Assembly: GCA_001778875.1 (NCBI GenBank) | Contig: MFIK01000037.1 | Coordinates: 1 to 44,452 of the forward strand | Source of the DNA: Candidatus Giovannonibacteria bacterium RIFCSPLOWO2_02_FULL_43_54 | GTDB taxonomy: Bacteria; Patescibacteriota; Minisyncoccia; UBA11713; 2-01-FULL-45-33 | Direction: 5' to 3' | Length of the DNA: 44,452 nt | In this document: positions 25,757 to 34,087 of the stretch, piece by piece | How positions within the stretch are numbered: the stretch's first letter is position 1 | Layout: each line of letters starts with the position of its first letter | Program-made: the position numbers and the translations under genes | The notes under the pieces: model-generated | Seen by the model: only the letters and a program-made list of their open reading frames with translations | Told to the model about the DNA's origin: nothing | The model's database searches: none

Positions 25757-25888
25757 ATGAATGACGAAGGCAAAAACAAGGAATTGGAAAAGAATGCCAA
25801 GGCGCTATCTTTGGATTTGGCGGATAAATTGGAGAAAGATGAGATCGGCCTGGAAGAAATAGCCAGACAAATAGACAAAGGGCATTAA
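25757..25888 (+). CDS. possible 43-aa acidic helical peptide
   Basis: MNDEGKNKELEKNAKALSLDLADKLEKDEIGLEEIARQIDKGH. It starts 6 nt after the previous stop and is below the ORF-track cutoff. Confidence 0.3.
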   Translation: MNDEGKNKELEKNAKALSLDLADKLEKDEIGLEEIARQIDKGH

Positions 25889-25907
25889 TCAACTTAAAAT
25901 ATATTAA

Positions 25908-26501
25908 ATGGCCAAACAAAATGATTACTTTATCGCCAGCACCGCAGGGCTTGTGACCGCGCTGTTTTTAATGCCCGTCCTGCTTAATTTGGATGCCTTA
26001 AACGCGTTCTATGCGATAGGTGTGTTTGTCTTAATTCCCGTTCTTTGGATGGCCGGCATTTTACTTGGCAGGATATTGAGCAAGTGGATGAGATTTTTCG
26101 CCCAGTTTTCCAAATTCGCCGTTGTCGGATTCCTTAACGCCGCGATAGATTTCGGCATTTTGAACGGCTTAAGCTTATTTACCGGCGCAGTATCAGGATT
26201 CATCATAGGAGGCGTGAACGCGCCGGGGTTCATTATCGCCTCTATCAACAGTTATTTTTGGAATCGCCTTTGGGTTTTTCCGCAGACAAATGGCGAAGGG
26301 AAATTCGCCGATTTTCCGAAATTCGCGCTAATTTCGATACTCGGCGTTATTTTGAACAGCCTCGTCGTCATCTACTTTACCACTTATGTTCACCAATTCG
26401 GATTCAGCGACAAAGTCTGGCTCAACGCCGCGAAAGCCATTGCGTCAGCGATAGTGCTTACTTGGAATTTCGTCGGTTACAAATTTTTCGCGTTTAAGTA
26501 A
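25908..26501 (+). CDS. GtrA-family membrane protein
   Basis: 4 TM helices with FAQFSKFAVVGFLNAAIDFGILN and a C-terminal WNFVGYKFFAF. Confidence 0.85.
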   Translation: MAKQNDYFIASTAGLVTALFLMPVLLNLDALNAFYAIGVFVLIPVLWMAGILLGRILSKWMRFFAQFSKFAVVGFLNAAIDFGILNGLSLFTGAVSGFIIGGVNAPGFIIASINSYFWNRLWVFPQTNGEGKFADFPKFALISILGVILNSLVVIYFTTYVHQFGFSDKVWLNAAKAIASAIVLTWNFVGYKFFAFK

Positions 26502-26508
26502 ACTAAAA

Positions 26509-26530
26509 AGCCGGTAAATATTTACCGGCT
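26509..26530. terminator. perfect 22-nt palindrome between convergent genes (bidirectional terminator candidate)
   Basis: agccggtaaatatttaccggct, preceded by aaaaa. It overlaps the stop of the 26522-27478 gene. Confidence 0.6.
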
Positions 26531-27478
26531 CCATTCGGAAACCAACGGTCTTGTAGCGGTAAGTATTGTCTCCAGTATATCCGCCCTGGCGATTATCAAA
26601 GGAATCGTATCTCGCAAAGTATATTTGGCAACGTTATTGCCTTCGGCGTCTGTTACGGCAAGCCCGCATCCTATTGCCGTCGGCAAAACTCCCGCAATAT
26701 CATATGCCTGCAACATAGATTCTTTTTCTTCCCCGCGCTCATCTTTTGTAGACCAGAAATGCCGCATGTCTATGTAGGCATCAAATCCATTTCTAATTAT
26801 ATTAATCACGTCCATTGAAGACGCGCGGCATCCTTCGTAAGGCCGAAATCCTCTAGTCCACAAAGCATCTTCAAGCTCTGCTTTTTTCTTGCGGTGGCTG
26901 TTTGAATATCCTGCAACGCATACGCGTTTTTTGCTGTCGCCTTGAGTATATTTTAATTTTTGAGGATCAAGGATCCTACCGTTATGGAACGCCAGAAATA
27001 ATTCACGGCCGACTTTCATTGATGAAAAAATATCATCTGTATCAAGTGTAAAAACGGCGCCCACGGCTATGTCCCCGATATTTTCGGAAGCCGAAAGCGC
27101 CACAGAAATTGACGCGACAGGCCTCGTACGGATTGCACCGGAAAAAGCACGTTTCGTATTCGTGGTACCATCCAATTCATCAATGATAAGACAAAGACTT
27201 TCATCCTTTGGAGATTCCAGAGAAGTTTTTTTAAAAGGCCTGAGTTCGCACCTGATAATGCCCTGGAATAGCGGTAAATACCTCTCTATCGCGTTTTGCA
27301 TAAGTTCGCGCGCCGTTTCGTCAAGGGTTGAGGATTCGTGCCCGTTATAGGTATGCGTATCGGAAATTTCCTTAAAATTCGTCTCAAGCAGCGTTTTTCC
27401 GACATCTTTTACTATTTTTTCAATAGAGAAAAGGTATGCCTGGGTATCGCGCTCGGTAAGCTTGGCTACTTTGTTCAT
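26522..27478 (-). CDS. inositol monophosphatase / FBPase-family phosphatase
   Basis: Metal-binding motif LIIDELDGTTN and a distal AYDIAGV...GLAVTDAEGN motif. Confidence 0.7.
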   Translation of the reverse strand: MNKVAKLTERDTQAYLFSIEKIVKDVGKTLLETNFKEISDTHTYNGHESSTLDETARELMQNAIERYLPLFQGIIRCELRPFKKTSLESPKDESLCLIIDELDGTTNTKRAFSGAIRTRPVASISVALSASENIGDIAVGAVFTLDTDDIFSSMKVGRELFLAFHNGRILDPQKLKYTQGDSKKRVCVAGYSNSHRKKKAELEDALWTRGFRPYEGCRASSMDVINIIRNGFDAYIDMRHFWSTKDERGEEKESMLQAYDIAGVLPTAIGCGLAVTDAEGNNVAKYTLRDTIPLIIARADILETILTATRPLVSEWSR

Positions 27479-27592
27479 TTGGACTATCTTTGTTTGCTCT
27501 GAAAGATAGAACTACGCGGTCAATAAACGGTTGCTTGTCATACCTGCTTTTTCTTTTTAAATAATTGAATTATACTTGTGTTATTAACGCAT

Positions 27593-28639
27593 ATGAATAA
27601 CCCACAAAGCACGCAAAACTTGGTTTTTTACCGCAAATACCGCCCGCAAAAGTTCGATGAGATAATCGGACAGGAAAACACAGTTAAGATCTTAAAAAAC
27701 GCGATAAAAGAGAACCGGCTCGCGCACGCCTATCTTTTTGCCGGACCCAGGGGTACGGGCAAAACAACAATCGCAAGAATTTTGGCGAGAGAAGCAGGAT
27801 GCGCTGAAGAAGACATTGTGGAAATAGACGCGGCATCATCGCGCGGAATAGACGAAGCGCGGGCTTTGAGAGAAGCCGCGCATGTTTTGCCGATGCGTTC
27901 CGCGCATAAAATCTATATAATCGACGAAGTTCATATGTTAACAAAAGAGGCCTTTAACGCGCTTTTAAAAATACTTGAGGAGCCTCCGAAGCATACGATT
28001 TTTATTTTGGCAACAACGGAGCTTTCAAAAGTCCCTGAAACGGTCGTTTCCAGAACCCAGCGTTTTGAATTTTCAAAAATAAGCATTCCGGATATTTTAA
28101 AGGAACTGAATATCATAGCGAAAGCCGAAAATATTAAAGCGGAGGATGATGCGCTGAAACTCGTTGCGTTTTTCGCCGACGGTTCGTTACGGGATGCCGA
28201 GAATATTTTCTTCCAGATAACGAGCGCTGGCGAAAAAATCGTTAAAGAGGAGGATGTGAGGCTTCTGCTCGGGGCGCCTAAAGAAGAAGATGTCAATAAT
28301 ATTTTAAAATTCGTTTTTGAGAAGAATGCGGCGGAACTGATAAAAACGCTGGATGATGTTTTGGAGGAGGGAAGAGATCCCTCGCTCATTTTACGCCTGC
28401 TTTTAAGAAGCTTCCGCGCGATCTATTTTTTGGCGGTTGACGCAAAAATCGAATCCGTGCTCGCGCACGAATTTTCAGACGATGAAATAGTGTTGCTTAG
28501 AACTTTTGCACAAAAGGGCGCCAAGGCCGCCGAGTTCGCTTTCCGCGAAGTACTCGACGCCTCGCGCGTAAAAACCGATGACTATACTGCGTCTTATCCG
28601 CTGGAACTCGCGCTGATCAGAATAGCGACTAATCAATAA
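27593..28639 (+). CDS. dnaX: DNA polymerase III gamma/tau subunit (short form)
   Basis: YRPQKFDEIIGQE, GPRGTGKTT, IYIIDEVHML, and SRTQRF. I prefer the ATG at 27593 to the GTG at 27578. Confidence 0.9.
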   Translation: MNNPQSTQNLVFYRKYRPQKFDEIIGQENTVKILKNAIKENRLAHAYLFAGPRGTGKTTIARILAREAGCAEEDIVEIDAASSRGIDEARALREAAHVLPMRSAHKIYIIDEVHMLTKEAFNALLKILEEPPKHTIFILATTELSKVPETVVSRTQRFEFSKISIPDILKELNIIAKAENIKAEDDALKLVAFFADGSLRDAENIFFQITSAGEKIVKEEDVRLLLGAPKEEDVNNILKFVFEKNAAELIKTLDDVLEEGRDPSLILRLLLRSFRAIYFLAVDAKIESVLAHEFSDDEIVLLRTFAQKGAKAAEFAFREVLDASRVKTDDYTASYPLELALIRIATNQ

Positions 28640-28695
28640 GCGGCACATTTTTGTGGTATATCGAGGCAAGTTGAAGTCGCGACAAATACATAGAG

Positions 28696-28724
28696 TTGAC
28701 TTTTTCAGTGCACTTTGCTAGTAT
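28696..28724 (+). promoter_or_regulatory. sigma-70-type promoter (TTGACT-17 nt-TAGTAT)
   Basis: TTGACT at 28696-28701 and TAGTAT at 28719-28724, with an exact 17-nt spacer. It lies in the 313-nt dnaX-murB spacer. Confidence 0.55.
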
Positions 28725-28729
28725 GTGTT

Positions 28730-28813
28730 TGTGAGTGTTTTATCCTGAGAAATTGGGATAGTACGATCTATGTCTGTACAAAGCCCCGGCGTAAGCCAGG
28801 GTTTTGTATTTTT
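28730..28813 (+). ncRNA. candidate ~85-nt small RNA or terminated leader (unknown class)
   Basis: It starts just downstream of the promoter. It has an internal hairpin tatcc-N9-ggata and a terminal hairpin caaagccccggc-GTAA-gccagggttttg (GNRA loop) followed by tattttt. Confidence 0.35.
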
Positions 28814-28952
28814 ATAAATAGGTTATATACTATAAATTGCTGGCACTTTCACCCCGTAAAAACTTTTGCTTTTTCAGGGCTATAGAGCTGGCACTCACAT
28901 AAAGACATAAATTGGAGTATAAACCCTCTATAGCCCTGTGAGCGCAAAAGTT

Positions 28953-29807
28953 ATGAATATCAAGGAAAACATTCTGCTCGCTCCTTATACGGTTTTTAAT
29001 ATCGGCGGGCCTGCCGATTTTTTTTGCGAAGTAAAAAATAAGGAGGAGCTTGTTGAAGTTTTGGATTGGGCGCGAGACAACAAAACCCCGTTTTTCATTA
29101 TGGGCGCGGGGTCAAATTTATTGGTTTCGGATGATGGGTTTCGCGGGCTTGCGATCAAAATGAGTTCGCAGAATATCGATCTTTTGGGTGAAAATAAAAT
29201 TTTTGTGGCCGCGGGGGTGTCTATGGCGAGAGCGGTGAATTTCTCGATAGAAAAAGGTTTTGGCGGTTTTGAATGGGGGGTCGGCATTCCGGGAACCGTA
29301 GGCGGAGCCGTGTTTGGCAATGCTGGATGTTTTGGAGGGGAGATGAAAGACGCGGTGGATAGCGTATCGATCTTGGAGCGGAAAATTTTCGAGTTGCCAA
29401 ATGACGCCTGTGAATTTGCCTATCGCCACTCGGTTTTCAAAAGGCATCCAGAATGGATAATTTTGGGCGCGACTTTGAATTTTTTTCCGGGCGACAAAGA
29501 GAAATCGCGCGCCAAGGTTTTGGAATATACGAAAAAAAGGACAGCGTCGCAGGATATCGGGGAAAAGTGCGCTGGGTGCATTTTTAAGAACCCAAAGCAG
29601 GATCTTGCTGCCGGCTACCTGATCGATAAAGTCGGTTTAAAAGGCGCCAAAATTGGCGGTGCTATGGTTTCAGGAAAACATGCTAATTATATTGTGAACA
29701 CCGGCGGCGCTACGGCGCGTGACGTTAAAGAATTGATCATGGTTATAAAAGATGAAGTAAAAAAAGTTAACGGAATTTTAATGGAAGAAGAAATAAGAAT
29801 AATTTAA
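28953..29807 (+). CDS. murB: UDP-N-acetylenolpyruvoylglucosamine reductase
   Basis: FNIGGPADFF, FIMGAGSNLLV, and GGAVFGNAGCFGGE. I prefer the ATG at 28953 to the GTG at 28938. Confidence 0.9.
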   Translation: MNIKENILLAPYTVFNIGGPADFFCEVKNKEELVEVLDWARDNKTPFFIMGAGSNLLVSDDGFRGLAIKMSSQNIDLLGENKIFVAAGVSMARAVNFSIEKGFGGFEWGVGIPGTVGGAVFGNAGCFGGEMKDAVDSVSILERKIFELPNDACEFAYRHSVFKRHPEWIILGATLNFFPGDKEKSRAKVLEYTKKRTASQDIGEKCAGCIFKNPKQDLAAGYLIDKVGLKGAKIGGAMVSGKHANYIVNTGGATARDVKELIMVIKDEVKKVNGILMEEEIRII

Positions 29808-29817
29808 TATTAAATAT

Positions 29818-30171
29818 ATGAAAATATCGCTAAAAGGCACGAATATTCAAATATTGGAGTCCACCCGCGAATATGTGGATAAGAAGTTGGTCAAAGCCGC
29901 GGAAAAATATTTAAAGGACGGAGACGATGCCGTGAGCTTGGCGGTGGAAGTTGAAAAAACCACGAATCATCACAAAAAAGGGGCTGACGTTTTTTGCGCG
30001 GAAGCAAATTTGAGAATGGGTAAGGTCTCTTTGAGAGCCGAAGCGACTGCGGAAGCTTTGAACGACGCCATAGATCAAGTCGAAGAAGAATTAACAGGCG
30101 AGATCAAAAAATTCAAAGAAAAAAAACGAACAGAAATGCTGAAAGGCGCGCGGCGGGTGAGGGAGAAATAA
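29818..30171 (+). CDS. hpf: ribosome hibernation promoting factor / RaiA family
   Basis: MKISLKGTNIQILESTREYVDKKL... is a typical S30AE/HPF N-terminus. 117 aa. Confidence 0.85.
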   Translation: MKISLKGTNIQILESTREYVDKKLVKAAEKYLKDGDDAVSLAVEVEKTTNHHKKGADVFCAEANLRMGKVSLRAEATAEALNDAIDQVEEELTGEIKKFKEKKRTEMLKGARRVREK

Positions 30172-30236
30172 GAAAAAAGAGCGTTTCGGCGTTTTTTTGT
30201 TCGACAAAAAGCTATTTTTAGGCTAAAATACCCATC

Positions 30237-32873
30237 ATGTCATTTTTAGGAAAAATCTTCGGAGGATTGGGTTCAAATGAAGGGGTTATAGAGGAACTAA
30301 AGCCGATCGTGGAGCAAATTAACGCGCTTGAGCCTGAATTTAAAAAACTTTCAGATGCAAAACTGAAAGCAAAAACTTTGGAATTTAGAAAAAGATTGGG
30401 AGAGGGAGAAACCCTCGACGACATTCTCCCCGAAGCCTTTGCTGCTGTCCGAGAAGCTTCTAAAAGAACTTTGGGCCAAAGGCATTATGATTCGCAATTG
30501 ATAGGAGGGATGGTGATGCATCGCGGGCAGATAGCGGAGATGAAAACAGGAGAAGGAAAAACTTTGGTCGCAACCTTGCCGATGTATTTGAACGCGCTTT
30601 CAGGGGATGGCGCGCATCTGATAACAGTTAACGATTATTTGGCGCGGAGAGACGCTACCTGGATGGGGCAAATTTACAACGCGCTTGGGCTTTCCGTAGG
30701 AGCATTAAACCACGAGGTGAGCTATTTATATGACGCATCTGCAGTATCCGTCGCGGACGACAAAAATGAAGATACTCTTGGCGCTTTCAAAATAGTACAC
30801 GAATTTTTGCGCCCATGTTCGCGGAGCGAGGCTTATGGCGCGGACATTACTTATGGTACGAACAACGAATACGGTTTCGATTATTTGCGGGACAATATGG
30901 TCTACGCACCGTCGCAGCTTTCACAAAGACAAGGAGTCCATCATTTTGCGATAGTTGACGAGGTAGATTCCATTTTGATCGACGAAGCGAGAACGCCTTT
31001 AATTATTTCGGCTCCCGACACGGAATCCGGCGAACTTTATAAAACATTTGCCAAAATCGCACCGAGACTAAAAGAGGGAGCAGATTATAATGTTGATGAA
31101 AAAATGAAAGCGGTTTCAATTACCGAAGAGGGAATTGAAAAAGTTGAGAATATTCTGGGAGTAAAAGATATTTATACGGAAAAAGGGATAAAATATGTGC
31201 ATCATTTGGAACAGGCTCTGCGGGCGCAGGCATTATTTTTTCTGGATAAAGATTATGTCGTAAAAAACGGCGAGGTGATCATTGTTGACGAATTTACAGG
31301 GCGCTTGATGCCCGGTAGGCGCTGGTCCGAAGGACTTCACCAGGCGATTGAGGCAAAAGAAGGCGTGACAGTGCAGAAAGAATCAAGAACGCTAGCAACG
31401 ATAACATTTCAAAATTATTTCAGGTTGTACGAAAAGCTCGCCGGCATGACTGGGACCGCGCAGACTTCCGCCGAAGAATTCCATAAAGTTTATAAATTGG
31501 AAGTCGTCAGCGTGCCTACGAACCGCCCGATGCAAAGACGTGATCTGCCGGATAAGATTTTTCAATCTGAAAAAGGGAAATTCACCGCAATCGCGCGCGA
31601 AGTAAGAGCGATGCACGAAAAGGGGCAGCCGGTGCTCATCGGTACCGTTTCAATCGAGAAAAATGAAAGGCTGGCGGCGATATTGGGGAGAGAGGGGATT
31701 CCGCATAAAATATTGAACGCAAAAAATCATGAAGCCGAAGCCGAAATAATAGCCCAGGCCGGGCGGCTGGGCGGAGTAACTGTGGCGACGAATATGGCGG
31801 GTCGCGGAGTAGACATAATTCTTGGGGGCAATCCGCCGAACTTGAAGGAAGCCGAAAAAGTCAGAGAAGCTGGAGGTCTTGCGGTAATCGGCACCGAGCG
31901 CCACGAAGCTCGCCGGATAGACAATCAGCTAAGAGGGCGCGCGGGCCGTCAGGGCGACCCCGGCGCTTCGCAATTTTATGTTTCAATGGAGGACGACCTT
32001 ATGCGCATTTTCGGCTCCGACCGCATAAAAAATATGATGGGGCGCTTCGGGATTCCCGAAGACGAGGCCATAGAGAACAAGATGGTATCAAACGCCATAG
32101 AATCTGCGCAGGAGAAGATCGAAGGATACAATTTCGATTCAAGAAAGCATGTTCTTGAATACGATGACGTTATGAATAAGCAAAGGAAGGCAATTTATGG
32201 ACGTAGGTTCGAGATTCTTTTCGGCAAGGCGGAAGAAATTGAAGAAAAAGCAAAAATTATTTTAACGGATGTTTTAGCAAAGATCGTCGAAGTTCACACG
32301 ATATCCGAACTCGCAGAAGAATGGAACCGCGAGGAGATAGAGGAAAATATTAAAGCGATCTTCGGGGATATCAATTCTATTCATGAGGCATTTCATAAGG
32401 CGGAATCCAGAGAGGATTTAACTGATTTATTGAATAAATATCTTGAAGATTCTTTCTTAAAAAAGAAAGAATCGGTTGGAGAATTCGCTGAAGCCGTGAG
32501 AATGACGATGTTGCGCGCGATAGATGTTTTATGGATGGAACATCTTGAAGCGATGGAATACATGCGGGGAAGCGTGCGCTTGCGCGCCTATGGCCAGCGC
32601 GACCCTTTGATCGAATATAAAAACGAAGGCGCTAAAATGTTCCAGCAGCTGGAAGGGCACATTAACGCCTACATCGCGAATCTGATATTTAAAATCGGCC
32701 CTTCAGCCGGTATGTCCACAACACCGATTCAAAATCAGGGACTAAAATTGAATTTGAATAATGGTTCCAAAAATTTCCAACACTCGGTGTCGAACAAAAA
32801 AGGTGAGATCGGCAGGAACGACCCATGCCCCTGCGGAAGCGGGAAGAAATATAAGCGTTGTCATGGGAGATAA
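30237..32873 (+). CDS. secA: preprotein translocase ATPase SecA
   Basis: MKTGEGKTL Walker A, DEVDSILIDEARTPLIIS, TNMAGRGVDI, and the C-terminal zinc motif CPCGSGKKYKRCHG. Confidence 0.97.
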   Translation: MSFLGKIFGGLGSNEGVIEELKPIVEQINALEPEFKKLSDAKLKAKTLEFRKRLGEGETLDDILPEAFAAVREASKRTLGQRHYDSQLIGGMVMHRGQIAEMKTGEGKTLVATLPMYLNALSGDGAHLITVNDYLARRDATWMGQIYNALGLSVGALNHEVSYLYDASAVSVADDKNEDTLGAFKIVHEFLRPCSRSEAYGADITYGTNNEYGFDYLRDNMVYAPSQLSQRQGVHHFAIVDEVDSILIDEARTPLIISAPDTESGELYKTFAKIAPRLKEGADYNVDEKMKAVSITEEGIEKVENILGVKDIYTEKGIKYVHHLEQALRAQALFFLDKDYVVKNGEVIIVDEFTGRLMPGRRWSEGLHQAIEAKEGVTVQKESRTLATITFQNYFRLYEKLAGMTGTAQTSAEEFHKVYKLEVVSVPTNRPMQRRDLPDKIFQSEKGKFTAIAREVRAMHEKGQPVLIGTVSIEKNERLAAILGREGIPHKILNAKNHEAEAEIIAQAGRLGGVTVATNMAGRGVDIILGGNPPNLKEAEKVREAGGLAVIGTERHEARRIDNQLRGRAGRQGDPGASQFYVSMEDDLMRIFGSDRIKNMMGRFGIPEDEAIENKMVSNAIESAQEKIEGYNFDSRKHVLEYDDVMNKQRKAIYGRRFEILFGKAEEIEEKAKIILTDVLAKIVEVHTISELAEEWNREEIEENIKAIFGDINSIHEAFHKAESREDLTDLLNKYLEDSFLKKKESVGEFAEAVRMTMLRAIDVLWMEHLEAMEYMRGSVRLRAYGQRDPLIEYKNEGAKMFQQLEGHINAYIANLIFKIGPSAGMSTTPIQNQGLKLNLNNGSKNFQHSVSNKKGEIGRNDPCPCGSGKKYKRCHGR

Positions 32874-32874
32874 T

Positions 32875-33429
32875 ATGACCGAAAAAGATATTCTCAACCT
32901 AATAATCGAAGATAAGTGGATGATGAATATTCTGCATATTGCTGAAAAATTAGATTTACCGGATTGGGTTGTGGGGGCGGGATTCGTAAGGAATAAGGTT
33001 TGGGATTATCTGCACGGATATAATAAATTGGGAGTTGATACAGCCGACATAGATTTGGTTTATTATGATCCAAGCGGCAATGGTCAAGATGCAGATGAAA
33101 AATTATCGGAAAAGCTGAAGGGAGAAACTGGGGTTAAATGGGAAGTGGTGAACGAGGCGTACGCACATAAATGGAATAATTTGCCCCCATACAAATCTAC
33201 CGAAGACGCATTATCCCAGTGGCCGGAAACAGCTACCGCTATCGGGGTTAAGTTAGAGAATGGAGAGTTAAAGTTGATTGCTCCTCATGGCATTAGTGAT
33301 TTGGTTAATTTGATTATTCGTCCAAGTCCGAAATTTGCTGATACTAGCAAGGTTAAGGAAAGGGTGAGGCAGAAAAAGTGGTTAGAAAAATGGCCAAAGT
33401 TAAAAGTAGCCCCGTGGGGTAGTGAATAA
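32875..33429 (+). CDS. nucleotidyltransferase-family protein (DUF925/NTP_transf_6-like)
   Basis: The ATG lies 1 nt after the secA stop. Motifs are WVVGAGFVRNKVWDYLHG, DIDLVYYD, and WEVVNEAYAH. The family name is from memory of this pattern. Confidence 0.6.
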   Translation: MTEKDILNLIIEDKWMMNILHIAEKLDLPDWVVGAGFVRNKVWDYLHGYNKLGVDTADIDLVYYDPSGNGQDADEKLSEKLKGETGVKWEVVNEAYAHKWNNLPPYKSTEDALSQWPETATAIGVKLENGELKLIAPHGISDLVNLIIRPSPKFADTSKVKERVRQKKWLEKWPKLKVAPWGSE

Positions 33430-33512
33430 AAAGCAAAAGTGTCATGGGGCGTGAGAGCAAGAAAAATCAGTTGTTGAGAACGGCCGGGGGAAACTTATGA
33501 TATAATAAGCCA

Positions 33513-33731
33513 ATGGCAATAATTAAGAAAAAATATAATGTGGAAGGAATACATTGCGGGGCCTGCGCGACTGGAATACAGATGCTGGTCTCTGGCGAAG
33601 ACGGCGTAAAATCCACCTTTGTTGATTACAACACCAAAAAAGCTGAAATAGAATATGATGATACCGTGATCAACGACGAGAAGGTCGCCAAAGCCGTCTC
33701 AGAACTTGGCTATACGATCAAACCGGAATAA
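33513..33731 (+). CDS. copZ: heavy-metal-associated (HMA) domain metallochaperone, CopZ-like
   Basis: 72 aa with the GIHCGACATGI metal-binding loop. Confidence 0.8.
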   Translation: MAIIKKKYNVEGIHCGACATGIQMLVSGEDGVKSTFVDYNTKKAEIEYDDTVINDEKVAKAVSELGYTIKPE

Positions 33732-33774
33732 TTTTTAAATTTGTTGAGCTTGCTATTGCGCGCCAACTTAGTAT

Positions 33775-33797
33775 AATCGGACTATTATGGTCCGATT
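33775..33797. promoter_or_regulatory. 8-bp perfect inverted repeat spanning the Rrf2 gene start (candidate operator)
   Basis: aatcggac-tattatg-gtccgatt. It overlaps the TATAAT at 33772-33777 and the ATG at 33787. Confidence 0.5.
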
Positions 33798-34077
33798 TGA
33801 TTATGGAGTGGTTTTAATAGAGAATCTCAAAAAAGCCGATTTAACGCTCAGCGGATTTTTGGACGCGAAAGCAATTGCGCGGGCACATAAGCTATCGCCG
33901 TCTTTGATGGAGAAGGTTGCCCAGGAATTAAAGCGGGGCGGATGGTTTGAATCAAAGCGCGGTTCGGGTGGCGGGTACAAACTTATTAAAAATGAAGTTT
34001 CCGTGGCGGATGTTATTAATTTTTTCGAGAAGCCACGCAAAATTTGTCCAATTAATAGATTGAGATCAAAACTATAA
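33787..34077 (+). CDS. Rrf2-family (IscR/NsrR-like) transcriptional regulator, short form without Cys ligands
   Basis: wHTH region LDAKAIARAHKLSPSLMEKVAQELKRGGWFESKRGSGGGYKL. Only 96 aa, so it lacks the cluster-binding C-terminus. Confidence 0.7.
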   Translation: MVRFDYGVVLIENLKKADLTLSGFLDAKAIARAHKLSPSLMEKVAQELKRGGWFESKRGSGGGYKLIKNEVSVADVINFFEKPRKICPINRLRSKL

Positions 34078-34087
34078 ACTATCAACG

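Noticed and set aside
28778-28813. SRP (4.5S) RNA, suggested by proximity to dnaX and a GNRA-capped hairpin
   Set aside because: The helix lacks the conserved domain IV loops (no GGAA...AGCA-type symmetric and asymmetric loops). It is followed by a T-run, so it looks like an intrinsic terminator instead.
28874-28939. tRNA-like start GGGCTATAGAGCTGG
   Set aside because: The apparent acceptor stem is 13 bp long. There is no T-arm (no GTTCRANYC) and no cloverleaf. It is a simple long hairpin. No tRNA or rRNA gene was recognised anywhere in the window.
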